Assembly (NCBI RefSeq): GCF_006345805.1
Contig: NW_021830453.1
Span: forward strand, 2,316 to 66,315
DNA from: Octopus sinensis
Lineage: Eukaryota
Direction of reading: 5' to 3'
DNA length: 64,000 bases
Part shown: piece by piece, positions 25,397-39,835 of the stretch
How the letters are laid out: each line of letters opens with the position of its first letter
Numbering within the stretch: the first letter of the stretch is position 1
Notes under the pieces: generated by a model
Told to the model about the DNA's origin: nothing
Databases searched by the model: none
The model's input: only the letters and a program-made list of their open reading frames with translations
Made by a program: the position numbers and the translations under genes

Positions 25397-25475
<79 letters not shown>

Positions 25476-25476
<1 letters not shown>

Positions 25477-25869
25477 CTTTTACTCTTTTACTTGTTTCAG
25501 TCATTTGACTGTGGCCATGCTGGAGCACCGCCTTTAGTCGGACAAATCGACCCAGGACGTATTCTTTGTAAGTGTAGTACTTGTTCTATCGGTCTCTTTT
25601 GCCGAACCGCTAAATTACGGGGACGTAAACACACCAGCATCGGTTGTCAAGCGATGTTGGGGGGTGGGCAAATGCAGACAAACATATACATATACATACA
25701 TATACATACATATATACGACGGGCTTCTTTCAGTTTCCGTCTACCAAATCCGCTCACAAGGCTTTGGTCGGCCCGAGGCTATAGTAGAAGTCACTTGTCC
25801 AAGGTGCTACGCAGTGGGACTGAACCCGTAACTATGTGGTTGGTAAGCAAGCTACTTACCACACAGCCA
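25476..25869 (-). mobile_element. SINE family A, full length
   Basis: Head, internal microsatellite and tail with CAGTCAAATGACTG stem-loop. Confidence 0.9.
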
Positions 25870-25921
25870 ATACTATACATATATATATATATTTATATAT
25901 ATGTTGTGTGTGTGTGTGTGT

Positions 25922-25966
<45 letters not shown>

Positions 25967-26713
25967 GTATACATACGTATAATCCAAAAATAAGAATCCA
26001 AAGAGAACATTTAGCTTATCTTTCCCGATTCGTTACAATTGTTCTGTACCACCTCTGCTTGCGATGCCAGTTTACTAAAAAATTCGAAGTGAAGATGTTT
26101 TCGGTTTTAGACATTGGAGTGGCACTTTATCAGACTTGCATCAAAGTTTCGGTCTTACATGTATATGCATGTATATATGTATATATAAGAACTGTGAATC
26201 TCGAAGTGAATAACGCAATAAATAATAACAGTAAATTCGATGAACTTCTATATAGTTTCCGTCTACCAAATCTACTCACGAACTTCGGTTGGTCCGCGGC
26301 TCTATAATTGAAGTCACTTACCCAAAGTATCACACAGTGGCACCTTGGGTAAGTGTATTCTACTGAACACAAAACCATGAGCATGTCAACACAGCATGTA
26401 AAATTCTTGGCTTCTTAAAATTATCTTATCCTCTGCAGGATTATAATAATTGCTAAATAACAATTAGAACGAGCTCCGTCTGAAAAGAGGAGATAACCAT
26501 ACCATTCAAGGATTTTCCGAAAACTGACATGTTATTTAGAAAAGGGACAGGCTTACTGTGAGGGGATAAGAGGAGGATCGTGGACAAGTGTTTCTGGCGG
26601 CATAACCGTCATCGGCTCGACAGCTGTCCGACTTTGTCTCCAGAGGCCAAAGGATATAGACTTATACAAAGCAGAGGATAAAACAGTTATGGCTTAGGCA
26701 GTCTGCATAATTG

Positions 26714-26757
<44 letters not shown>

Positions 26758-26758
26758 A

Positions 26759-26805
<47 letters not shown>

Positions 26806-27245
26806 ACAACACACATACACACAAACACACACACAGTCATACAAACACATACTGAGATACACACAACATACACACTCATATATATACACACACAATGTCT
26901 TCGTGGATTGTTAAAGAATCGGAATGAGTTACTGATGTCCCAAAACGGGCTTGAAACTTGTCTAGCTGATAACCACTACTGCTGCTGCTGCAACCCCCCC
27001 ACCACCACCACCACCATCTACCCCATATTTTCTTTTGGGTATTTTCCTTGTGTTATCTTCTTGTTCGTTTTCTCTTCCTTTCACTTTTTTCATTTGTCTC
27101 CTCCTCCTCCGCGACCACCACCATCACCATTATCACCAATACCACCACCACCACCATCTCTGCTAAAACCACGGTTAGGTCGGCTCTCACAACCGTCAAT
27201 ATCATCACTACCGCCACCACTGCCAACAGCAATAATACAACCATA

Positions 27246-27654
27246 GGATCAGGAGTGGTTGTGTGGTAAGTAGCTTGCTTACCAACCACATGGTTCCGGG
27301 TTCAGTCCCACTGCGTTGCACCTTGGACAAGTGTCTTCTACTATAGCCGCGGGCCGACCAAAGCCTTATGAGTGGATTTGGTAGACGGAAACTGAAAGAA
27401 GCCCATTGTATATATGTACATAGATATGTATGTGTGTGTATATGTTTGTGTCTGTGTTTTTACCCCCAACATCGCTTGACAACCGATGCTGGTGTGTTTA
27501 CGTCCCCATAACTTAGCGGTTCGGCAAAAGAGACCGATAGAATAAGTATTAGGCTTCCAAAGAACAAGTCCTGGGGTCGATTTGCTCGACTAAAGGCGGT
27601 GCTCCAGCATGGCCGCAGTCAAATGACTGAAACAAGTAAAAGAGTAAAAAGAGT
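27246..27654 (+). mobile_element. SINE family A, full length
   Basis: tRNA-like A/B boxes (TGTGTGGTAAG...GGGTTCAGTCCC), internal (TA/TG)n, tail ending in (GTAAAAGA)n. Confidence 0.9.
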
Positions 27655-28003
27655 AACCATCGTCGCCACCACTATCATTGATATCATCATCATTATCATA
27701 ACTATCACAAAAACCACGTCCATCATTGCAACAGCCACCATCACCACAACCATCACCGATGTAGCCACCATGACAATCACCAATACCAATACCACCGCCA
27801 CTAACACCACCACCACCACCACCACCACCACCACCATCATTATGACGTCAACGACGAAGATCACCACTACACCACCACTACCACAAACAACAGCATAACC
27901 ATCACCGCCATCACTACCACCACCATTACCAAACCACCACTCCACCACCACCACCACACCACCACTCCACCACCACCACACCACCACTACCACTACTACC
28001 ACA

Positions 28004-28520
28004 AACAACAACACAACCATCACCGCCACCACTACCACCACCTTTACCAGACCACCACTACCACCACCACCACCACTACTACCACCACTACACCACCGCT
28101 ACACCACCACTACCATAACAACAACACAACCATCACCGCCACCACTACCACCACCTTTACCAGACCACCACTACCACCACCACCACCACTACTACCACCA
28201 CTACACCACCGCTACACCACCACTACCATAACAACAACACAACCATCACCGCCACCACTACCACCACCTTTACCAGACCACCACTACCACCACCACCACC
28301 ACTACTACCACCACTACACCACCGCTACACCACCACTACCATAACAACAACACACCATCACCGCCACCACTACCACCACCACCTTTACCAGACCACCACT
28401 ACCAACCACCACCACCACTACTACACCACTACACACCACCGCTACAACCACCACTACCATAACAACAACACAACCATCACCGCCACCACTACCACCACCA
28501 TTACCAGATCACCACTACCA
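28004..28520. repeat. 113-bp minisatellite, ~4.5 copies, built from ACC-type triplets
   Basis: Unit starts at 28004, 28117, 28230, 28343 and 28461. Confidence 0.85.
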
Positions 28521-29791
28521 CAACCACCACCACCACCACCATCACCACTACCTTCTCTTTATACAACTTCCTGTTTCCTCCTTATCCTTGCCCTCCATCC
28601 TCCCCACCCTTGACCTCCATGTTTTAAACGTTTTATATATATTTTTATCCTACTTTTTGCGTCTTAAACATATTTTCCTATTTTCCGTTTAACGTGTTTT
28701 TGTTATTTTATCTTTCCTTCCTTCCTCCTTTCTTTCCTTCTAGCGTAAAGTGATCCCTAACTACATTATTAGGGTCCACTAAACTTGAGTCTAATAGACC
28801 TGGCTAAACCACAACCCTCTATCCAGTCCTTTTCTCCCCCGCTGCACCAACGCCTTTTTACCGTCTCCCCTCCAAAAAGCGCTCTGGCGGAAAAACAAAC
28901 GAGAAAAGATGGCGAATTTGCGATTCGTTTTTTTTTTATTTTGTAGAAAAAAAAACCCAGAAAAAAGCCGAGCCTGGTTAACATGACAATGGACGGCAAT
29001 AACAACAAGAACAATAACAACGATGATGACGACAACAAGGAGAAAAACAACATCAACAACTGCCACGATGATGATCATGACGATGGTGATGATGATGATG
29101 ATGGTGGTGGAGGTGGTAGTGGTGGTGGTGGTGGTGTAGGGGTTGGTGCCGATGATGATGATGGTGACAGTGTTGGTGGTGGTGGTGGTGATGTTGTGTT
29201 TGTGGTGGTGGTGGCGGTGGCGGCGATGGTGATGGTGATGGTAATGATGACGATGATGACGATGGTGATGATGATGATGAATATGATGATGATGATGATG
29301 ATGAGGACAATGTCAGTAGTAGTGTAGGAAGTGGCAACAATAGTGTTGATGGTGGTGGTGGTGGTGGTGAGTGTAGTGGTGAAGATGAAGATGGCGATAG
29401 TGATGGCGGTAGTGATGGTGGTGGTGATGGTGATGGGGGTAATACTGATGACAATAATGTTGATGCAGTGAATGATATTGATGATGATGATGATGAAGGT
29501 AATGACTGAAGGGGACAATGATGGTGATGATGAAGATGATGATGATGATGATGATGATGATGGTGGTGGTTTCTTTATTAGCCTCAAGGCCCCAAAGAAA
29601 AAAACAAGCAAACACATTAACAAAAAGTCCTAAAATACAAATCAAAAGTTGTCCCTTTAGGTCGTGGAAAAACAAGGAAATAAATGCTTTCTACTAAAGG
29701 CTCGAGACCTGAAATTTGCGGAGAGGGGACTAATCAACTGCATCGACCCCAGTGTTTCACTGGTACTTGAAAGGCAGCCAGCTCGCCGCCT

Positions 29792-29961
<170 letters not shown>

Positions 29962-30766
29962 TAATAATAATAATGATAATAATAATAATTATTATTGGCC
30001 ACAATGGTGGACAATGGTCACGATACAACTAACAAAGCACAAAAAGGGTGGGGTTAACATTGATCGAGGAGAGAAACTACAACTTTAAAGGAGATAACAA
30101 AACGATTTATAAATAAAAATTAGAAAAATAATTGATAAATAAAGATATAAATAGAATCCCCAATAGTAGGGCTGTCAACTTAGGGTAATCCGGGCGAGCC
30201 CCACGCAAAAAGTCCCGGATTATTCTGCCATTCCCAAAGCATGGGGAAATGCCTTCAACAAGTTTCTTTCCTCCTGCTTAGAGTAGATCCATTCAGTGTC
30301 ACCAGTCTTGCCACTGTTGTCCATCTTTTGGTAAATACAATAAAAGGCAGCACCTCCCTTTTATTGCAAATTAAATGATCCATTCTCTTCAAATGATATT
30401 TGAAGAAATTGATGAGAGCTTGCCCAGATAGGGAAGTGCATACGTCCAAACCCTTTAAACGGGTCCATTACAAGCCTCTTTTGCCACATCCACTAAGCAG
30501 AGGAAGATCAGCTCCCACTTCTGCTAAAGGAAGGCATGTGTCGATCTTCACTATACATCCGGCAAAGAAACGGATTCCTCTGATATGAGACAGCAACTGC
30601 TCAGCACAAACCCACAAGTCTCAAAAGCACTGCTAATGAACGATTGCATGCAGGACGGTTTCTTCCCATTGCATGCATTTCAGGGAGATTCTGCTGTTGG
30701 TATTTCCATGCATGAAGAGCCTGTCTCGAACAGGCAATGCTCCCTAATAATAATAATAACAACAAC

Positions 30767-30819
<53 letters not shown>

Positions 30820-30830
30820 TAATAATAAAT

Positions 30831-31274
30831 GCCCTGATGCAGTAGCTCTAATGGCTTCTGATTGGAAGTGTTATCATGTACATTGTTTTATCTTGGTATA
30901 AAAGATGGGCTACAGCAAATATTCTGCTCAATACCAGAGATCTTTCTTGTCAGTTGTTTGACCTTAACCAGTTGAGCATGTCCCTTAGAGGCTGACGATA
31001 TGTGCGTCTCTGATCATGAGCAGAAGTAGTGGGGGAGCATCATAGCCATGTGTTGAGAGGGATTCTTTGGGGTTTGGATAATTCACCTCTGGAAACATGG
31101 GTTACTCGACCAGAAGAAAATTCTAACTGGGCCCCACCTGCAAGGTCAAGTGCTGTTTATCTTGATACAAGATCACCATGTCGCGCACATATGGTTGTGA
31201 TGCATGTGCCTGGTGTACCCTTATCACACCATGATGGGTATACTGGGTTTCGTATAATTTACCCCAGTGTCACT
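30831..31274. mobile_element. Unclassified interspersed element bounded by (AAT)n (family E), internally deleted copy
   Basis: Colinear with 55792-56334; both abut TAA repeats and R4/Dong sequence. Confidence 0.75.
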
Positions 31275-31312
31275 CAACAACAACAATAATAATAATGATG
31301 ATAATAATAATA

Positions 31313-31356
<44 letters not shown>

Positions 31357-31360
<4 letters not shown>

Positions 31361-34141
31361 TAAAAAAATTAGAAAAGACCTGTCGATTCTTAATGAAATC
31401 AGCAAACAATCAACGCTACTGAGCAACAAAAAGAGAACAAAAATGCTCCGCAAATATAACACCACAGAAAAAGATTTGCCGGAGATAAAAGAAAAGCTGA
31501 AGCAAGATATCCTTGCCAAAGCTCAAAGGATCCGCCGGTACGAGAAACGCCAACGCTTCTTTGAACAGAACAAAAAGTTCAACTCCAACCCCAAAAAGTT
31601 CTACCAAGAACTGGGGGGAAAAAAAAATAAATAAAATAGAAGTCACTGCAGCACCAACGGCAGAAGAATTGGAAGAATTCTGGAGAGAAATATGGTCGGC
31701 GAACGAACAGCCAAAAAAAAGGAGTATCAAAATAACAAACTCGGCATCTGAACAACTTTGGACCCCCATAACAACTGAATTGGTCACCAAGGCACTGCAA
31801 AAACTAAGCAACTGGAAGGCACCTGGGCATGACAAGATCCCACTTCTGGTTGAAATATCTAACAGGAATGCACAAAGCTGGCTGAAAACTTTAACAGCAT
31901 ACTAGCAGAGCCAGAGACAATGCCTGAATGGCTCACGAAGGGGAAAACCATCTTAATTCCCAAATCAAATGAAACAGCAAAACCAGAAACTACAGACCAA
32001 TAACCTGCCTCCCTACTATGTTCAAGGCATTTACTGCAGTGATATCGCAAAGGCTGAACAAGCACCTGGACGAAAACAAACTGTTCCCAGAAGAGCAGAA
32101 AGGGGCCGCAAAGGCTCATATGGCTGTAAAGATCAACTAATGATTAATAAAGCCGTAACTGAAGACAGCCACAGAAAGAAGAAAGGCCTCAGTATGGCCT
32201 GGATTGACTACAAAAAGGCGTTTGATAGCACCCCCCACATGGATCCTCGAACACTAGCCATTAACAAAGTAGCACCAACAATCATAAAATTCATAGAGCA
32301 CTCTATGAATAAATGGCAAACAGTCCTACACCTCCAAACAAAAGAGGGACTCATGAAAACCAAAGACATCCCCATTAGGAGAGGAAATTCCAGGGAGACA
32401 CGCTCTCTCCACTCCTTTTCTGCTTGGCACTGTCACCTCTATCTGATATGCTAAAGAGAACTGGATGCGGATATAAATGTTACGGCAAAACGATCAGCCA
32501 CCTTTTATATATGGATGACCTAAAACTATACGCTGCAAATGACAAACAGCTGGAAACACTATTAAAGACAGTTCATGGATTTACCAAAGAAATAGATATG
32601 AAATTTGGATTAGAAAAATGCGCCAAAGTAACCATGAAAAGAGGAAAACTAGTTAAGAGTAACAACATCACACTAGATAAAACCAATGAAATAAAGAATT
32701 AGACCAAAGCCAAACTTACAATACTTAGGAATCCATGAACTAGCAAGACACAACACACACAAATGAAAGAGAAAATAAAAAAAGAATATATAGACGAGTT
32801 AGATCAATACTAAAAACAGAGCTCAATGCTAAAAACAAGATAATAGGTATCAACACTTTAGCTGTCCCAGTTATAAGTTACAGCTACAATATCCTTAACT
32901 GGACACGAAATGAACTGTCCAAAATAGATAGGAAACAAGAAAAATACTGACAGGATCTAGGATGCATCACCCAAAATCTGACATAGAAAGACTATATATA
33001 CAACGTATAGAAGGTGGTAGAGGCCTTATACAGCTGGAAACTACTAATAAACCACCATAGGACTGCAAAAATATCTACTTCAGAAGGAAGGAAAACTGAT
33101 CCAGATAGCAGCAACACGAGCAAAACAAAAAACTGTTCTCAGTATTTAAGGAAGCTGACAAATACAAACAGAAATCATACCACCTAATAAACACATGAAG
33201 AAGAAGAAGATGATGAAGAAACAACAAAAGCTATAAAACAAATGAAATCCAAACTAAAATAGAACAGCAACGAACCATGATAAAACGATGGCAAGAAAAG
33301 CCCCTTCATGGTAAATACTGCACTAACTAAACGCAAAAGAATAGACAAAGAAAAATCCCAGCAATGGTTGAGAAGCTCAGGACTCAAAGCAGAAACAGAG
33401 GGATTTTTAATTGCAGCACAAGACCAAAGCCTCCCCACCAGAAATTACCAAAAACATGTAATGAAAAGAAATATTACAAGTAACTGCAGAATATGTGGAG
33501 ATGGACAAGAAACAATAAATCATATTATCTCTAGCTGCCCAGTCCTGGCTAAGAAGGAATATTCACAGACATGACAGAGTTGGAACCTACATACATTGGA
33601 AGCTATGCCAACATTATGGAATAACAACAGAAAAAAGATGGTATAGACACACACCAGAAAAGGTCACAGAAAACGAGAAAGCAACCATACTCTGGGATAT
33701 GCCGATACACACAGATAGAGAATTAAGGCCAACAGACCAGATATAGTTGTCAGAGATCATGAAGAAAAAAATGCTTTCTAATTGATGTATCAATACCGGC
33801 AGATGACAACGTGTCTCTAAAAGAAATGGAGAAACTCTCAAAATACAAAGACCTGGATATAGAGGTAACTAGAATGTGGAATCTGAAAACAGAAACAATT
33901 CCTATCATAGTAGGTGCATTAGGCATGATAAAAAAATATTCAGATACTACATACAACAGCAGGACTTACAAACACATATAACATACAGAAAATTGCACTA
34001 CTAGGCACTGCACATATCCTACGCAGAACACTTTCCATACAATAACCATCAGAGCATCACAACAAATCACAGCACATACCCAAGGCACACAGCGCTGCGC
34101 TCGGTAGTGAAGTGAAAGCACGCTATAAAATAAAACTACTG
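31357..34141 (+). mobile_element. Near-complete R4/Dong-clade non-LTR retrotransposon (RT, CCHC, RLE), frameshifted
   Basis: KAPGHDK, AWIDYKKAFDS, YMDDLKLYA, KFGLEKC, AAQDQSL, CRICG..ETINHIISSC, RPDIVV, KYKDL and PIIVGALG motifs. Stop at 34043-34045; (AAT)n on both sides. Confidence 0.95.
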
Positions 34142-34163
34142 AATAATAATAATAATAATAATA

Positions 34164-34218
<55 letters not shown>

Positions 34219-34477
34219 GGATAATAATAATAACATTAATCCTTTCTACTATAGAAACAAGTCCTGAAACTTGGAGAGAAGGTGCTAATCGATTAAAGGT
34301 GATTTGGGCACAAACCAGCAATTTTGAGGCCCTGGGACTAGTTAATAAACTGGTATTGAGACCCGGAGGGGTGAACGGCGGGATGTGAATTCAAAATGTA
34401 AAGTGCCGGAAGATACGCCACAAGGCAGATTTTACCAACGCTCTAACGATTCCGCCCGTTAGGCTGCCTTGGTGCTG

Positions 34478-34541
<64 letters not shown>

Positions 34542-34707
34542 GGCAACAATAACAACAACAATAATGATAGCAGGATTTGATTAAATTGATAATTGAAATT
34601 AATTCCCCCACCGCTTAAAATATATAAATATATAAATAAATGTATAAATAAATGAATAAAAAATAATAATGATGATGATACTAAAAATAATAATAATGAT
34701 AATAATG

Positions 34708-34739
<32 letters not shown>

Positions 34740-34822
34740 TAATAATAATAATAATAATGATAATAATACTAATGATAATAATGATAATTATAATAGTAAT
34801 AATAATAATAATAATAATGATG

Positions 34823-34867
<45 letters not shown>

Positions 34868-34887
34868 TAATAATAATAATAATAATG

Positions 34888-34951
<64 letters not shown>

Positions 34952-34955
34952 CAAC

Positions 34956-35017
<62 letters not shown>

Positions 35018-36133
35018 TGTCGATGATAATATACGAAGCATAAGGAAAAGAAGAATGGATGGACACAAACAAAAAATTAAGATGCCATGTCTTCATTCCC
35101 CGCCGCCCCACCCCATCGCATCATATACCTCCACCCTTACCCTTCATTCCACTACCCCCACTTCTTTTCCTATTCTTCCTTGTGTTTGTTTTTTTTTTTG
35201 GTTTGTTTGTTGCTTGTATATATTTCCCTTAAGATTGCATTGCATTCTTCGTCAACGAGTTTTAATCCATTCAAGTGAAACGTTTAACGTGTGCAAAATC
35301 AACAGAAACATCGCTGCAAGCCATATATAACAACAACAGCAACAACAACAATGAAAAAATGACAACAGCAACAATAATAACAACAATAAAAAAAAACGCA
35401 ATACAAATAGAAACAACAACGGCAAAAAAAGAAAACCTCTTCCCTCGCTGGAAATTATTCAGGCGAAAGCTAACAGAATTAGGAGTCTACAAAAATAACA
35501 AAGAAATGTAAAGAGGGGAAAAATGAATTTAGAGAGACAAGCAAATATATGTGGTTTCGGTTTATGTGTGGTTCTCGTTTAGTAAAAGGAAAGAAATATT
35601 AGCTAACTAATAAAAGCAGAAGAAACGGTTCGTTAACTAATTTTAATTTCAAATATTTTCTTCTAGAATTTGCGTCATCGTCTTGGTGTTTTGATTGGTT
35701 GATTAAGTTTTGCTCAGTTTTTGATTTTTGTTAAACTATTTTCCGATTCGGGTAAATTCTTGATTAATTAATGTTATCCGGCTCTTTGCCATATTTAATT
35801 TGTTAGCGCCTTAATTCACTAATTACTCTGCTAACCAATTACATAAATGTTATATAATTATAATTATATTACAAGCTCCTACACACTAACCTCGCTCGCA
35901 TCGCCTTATCTTCCGCCATTAGCCATTTCCGGTTTGGCATCATGCGATAACATTTGCCGAACATTTCCTGCAGCGATGAAGCGTGAGAAACTTACGGTTA
36001 AGGAGTTTACTACGTGAGAGTGCCACAGCGTAGCACCTAGGGCAAATGTCCTTAACAAAATCCCTGGGCTTACTAATGCCTTGTGAATGAATCTGGTACC
36101 AACCCACCCACCCACATATATAATTGGCATCCG

Positions 36134-36440
36134 TTAGTGTCGAAAGAGCATGGATCTGCGCCTTAGATTGGAGCAGCATCGCTTGTGACTGACAAGGCCA
36201 ATGCGTGAGTGACAGTCACGGCTGCAACGGTTGAAAATGTGGTTGGTCAGTTGATCATTTGTTGGTGGTTCGCTCTTCCTGCGTCCCCGTCTGTCCTCTG
36301 CTGTCTGACGTATGTGATCTTCTTCCCTCAGGGCGGTACTCAGCGTCTGTCTCCAGCAGGAACGATCTTTTACCAAGTTCTCCCAGGTTTTGGTACTCAA
36401 ACTCATGACCTTCATGTCACGTTTGCACACATCCTTTAAA
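36134..36440 (-). mobile_element. RTE (BovB-like) LINE 3' fragment
   Basis: C-terminal DRSCWR and CSRDCHSRIGLVSHKRCC motifs. Confidence 0.85.
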
Positions 36441-38465
36441 AAAGGAAATGTGTCCGTCCGCGAACAAGGTTATTTTTGTATCATCTGAAATAGAATATCC
36501 GCATATCGATTAATACACGCACGCACCTTCGTGTTGGGGGTCGTCTTTACCTTGTTATCTCCCCTACTTCTTACCTCTCGTGTGTGACCCTTCTGTCCGA
36601 AGTCAGTCGCCATGATAGATCGTTAGCCCCTACACACATTTTTTTCTCTCTTTGTTTTTCTCTTTGTTTCTTTCTGTGTCCCTTTCTGTAGAAGAGCGTA
36701 GGCTCGAAACGTAAAATACTTTTTCTATTCCTGAGCGTTATACTAATACATGTTTGTTTTGTACACCACCTGTCTTCACCCTTTGTTTTTTTCGTAAACT
36801 CTTCCTATATATATGTGTGTGTGTGGGGGGGGTATACAACGGGCTTCTTTCCGTTTCCGTTAATCAAATCCACTCAAAAGGATTTGGTCGGCCCGAGGCT
36901 GGAGAAGAAAATACTTAACCAAGGTGCTACGCTGTGGGACTGAACCCGGAACCATGTGATTGTGAAGCAAGCTTCTTACCACACCACCTAGTCTAGAAAT
37001 CGAAGACACAATTTTACGATCATGTGTCCAACTCCATAACCACTGAGCTACGCACCTCCACTTACATACACAGACACACACACATACAATCACAGATATA
37101 TAACTATATACAGACGCACAAAAGTGATGAGGTGGTCACAGCAGGAAAGCCTTTGATCATATATAATCATCGCTACATGAGCAATGATTACGTGACCTAC
37201 CGTTAACCACTCTCCACCATCACCACCACCACCACCACCACCACCACCACCACCACCATCACCAATCCCTACCATCAAACATTACACATCAGACAATATT
37301 CGCCACTCACCAAGCATTAGTCATTAACCTTCGACCATTGGTCATTGAATGCCCGAGCAAAGAATTTCTGAAGGAATTACAAAGATGTAATTAAAAGAAG
37401 TTATGGAAAATAATTAAAAATTAGGTAATTAATTATACAGTGTGATGGAATGTGTGAGCAAAAATTGGAGAGAAGTCTCTTTAGGGGTTTAATGAGCGTG
37501 TCGGGGGCAAGCATGGCTGTGAGGTTAAGAACCTCGCTTTGCAAACATAGTTTCGGGTTCAATCCCTCTGCGTGGAAGTTTGGGTGACCAATGCCTTGCG
37601 AGTGAATGTGTCAGGCGGAAACTGAAAAAAGCCCATCGTGTACACACACACACACGCACACATATATGTGTCAATCTATAATATCTACCTATCTGTGTGT
37701 GTGTGTGTGTATCTTCGTATATGCGTTAACTGCTGTTGGTTTGTTTAGTGGTTCGGCCAAAAGTGACTTCCCAACCACGACCCTCCAAAGAATAATGGCC
37801 TTAAAGATGAATGGATGGATATATATTCCTTGGAGGACACAACTCTAGTTCTATGGACACGTGAAGAGAATGGCATAGAATTGTTCTGGGTACGACTCTT
37901 TAACTGCATCCGGTCGTGGAGCCCTAGTACGAGAGTTCCAGGCTTTTGAGATATCTAGAGCCGTCTCTTGCTCGTCTATTGCTCCCAGGTCTACTCTGAC
38001 CCGGTGTACCAGCACCTGTTGGGTCCGAGCATGTGTACCACCTGCTTGAAACCCAAACTCCGTCTGCTCTGGTAATCGGCGCTGATTTGGTCAGTGAATC
38101 ATCTGAGACGGTCGACAATCGGCAGCAAAACGAACCCCTACGGATCACACTGTCCCAAAGTGAGTATGCAGAGTATGGATATGATCAGGGACCAGATGTG
38201 AACCTGAACTTCCTACTGAAATTCTGATCATGACTGTCCTGGGTAACACGTCAAATTGCATCCGGTATTGGGGCCTCGGTATGGAAGTTCCAGGGATTTG
38301 AAGAGTGAGGAACCATCTCTTAGCCAGTCTTGTTCCCATGTATACTCTGACCCTTAGCAGGGCCCCAGATATGAGTTAATTAGCATAAGTATCCACCTGC
38401 TTCAAACCCGGGACATATCTGCTCAATGGTGACTTGCTCAGTAGTTTGTTGTCAAAGAAGTATTA

Positions 38466-38639
38466 GGCGTAGGAGTGGCTGTGTGGTAAGTAGCTTGCTT
38501 ACCAGCCACATGGTTCCGGGTTCAGTCCCACTGCATGGAACCTTGGACAAGTGTCTTCTACTATAGCCTCAGGCCGACCAAAGCCTTGTGAGTGGATTTC
38601 GTAGACGGAAACTGAAAGAAGCCCGTTGTATATATGTAC

Positions 38640-38696
<57 letters not shown>

Positions 38697-38903
38697 TGTG
38701 TGTGTGTTTGTCCCTCCAACATCACTTGACAACCGGTGCTGGTGTGTTTACGTCCCCGTAAATAAGCGATTCGGCAAAAGAGACCGATAGAATCAGTACT
38801 AGGCTTACAAAGAATAAATCCTGGGTTCGATTTGCTCGACTAAAGGCAGTGCTCCAGCATAGCCATAGTCAAATGACTGAAACAAGTATAAAGAGTAAAA
38901 GAG
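38466..38903 (+). mobile_element. SINE family A, full length
   Basis: As at 27246. Confidence 0.9.
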
Positions 38904-38906
38904 ATA

Positions 38907-39277
38907 CGCGACAATGCACACCCACATAAAGCCTTCCACGCAGTTGAAACTATTGAAAAATTGGGTTTCGAATTGCTGGGACACTCTCTGCCTATGGCTC
39001 AGATTTCGTTCCTCACGACTATTACCTTTTTGGACCGCTCAAACACCTTTTACGGGGCTGTCAATTTGTTATGGACGAAGAAGCGCAGGAAGCGATGTAC
39101 AAATGGCTGCGCAATCAGTCGTACACCTCTGATGGAACAAGCTAACTTCTGGACCGCTGGAAGTGAATCGAAAAACAAGGAGACTATATCGAAAAATGAT
39201 GTAATTGTTCAACCCATCCTTTTGTTTGAATAAATCACAGAAACAAGTGTATATAATATTTGGCTTACCTTGGTATT
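38907..39277 (+). mobile_element. Mariner transposase C-terminal relic
   Basis: DNAHPH and a degenerate YSPDLAPSDY-type motif (..DFVPHDYYLFGPLK) across frameshifts. Confidence 0.75.
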
Positions 39278-39334
39278 TTTACCCACACGGCAAATAACTT
39301 CCGTGTCGCATTAGAAGCACTAGTGCGAATGATT

Positions 39335-39835
39335 CTCCTTTATAGCAGCGAGTCATAGCCGATGAATGTGGAAAATATTAAGCGACTAGAAACATTCGAT
39401 CTCCTCTGTCTACGCCGCATCCTTCGTGTCCGATGGCATCACTTTGTCTCCAAGAGTTCAGTGCGACACCAGTGCAGAATCACCTTCCTCCGACAAGTCA
39501 TCCTAACGAGACGTTTGCGTTGACTGGGTCATGCCCTCCGTCGTCAACCAGGAGAATTCATCTACGAAGCAATTGCCCCAGCTCCCCTTTAGGGTTGGCG
39601 AAAGCGATGTGGTGGACAGCGAAAAACCTGGCTGATGACAGTCAAGGTTGATCTGGAACCAAACCTAGACCCCCATATCTATGGCGTTCGCTGCTGGAAT
39701 AAGGAGTGGTTGGAGATCACGCGGTCGTTAGCCTCAAATCGCCAGGCCTGGTCGGCGTTTGTGAGAGATGCAGCATTGAGGATGAATGAAGCCAGCTGAA
39801 CCCACCCCGGGTGAATGCTGTCTCAAGACAAGAAG
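39335..39835 (+). mobile_element. RTE-clade LINE 3' fragment
   Basis: LETFDLLCLRRILRVRW, LR.LGHALRR, WRKRCGGQRKTW and NRQAWSAFVRDA. Confidence 0.8.

Noticed and set aside
26545-26650. Possible minus-strand micro-exon ending CA|GTAAGC
   Set aside because: Only ~34 codons, a weak acceptor and no recognisable peptide; expected by chance.
27990-28520. Regularly spaced repeats suggestive of a CRISPR array
   Set aside because: Eukaryotic context, whole units are identical with no unique spacers, and no cas genes.
30700-30840. Possible HDV-like ribozyme at element ends next to (TAA)n
   Set aside because: I could not build P1 with a G1 wobble or a proper J4/2; the hairpins present are generic.
38095-38159. 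Possible 65-nt plus-strand exon with a GTGAGT donor
   Set aside because: Sandwiched between two copies of a repeat (~37880-38050, ~38235-38410), poor polypyrimidine tract and no partner exons.
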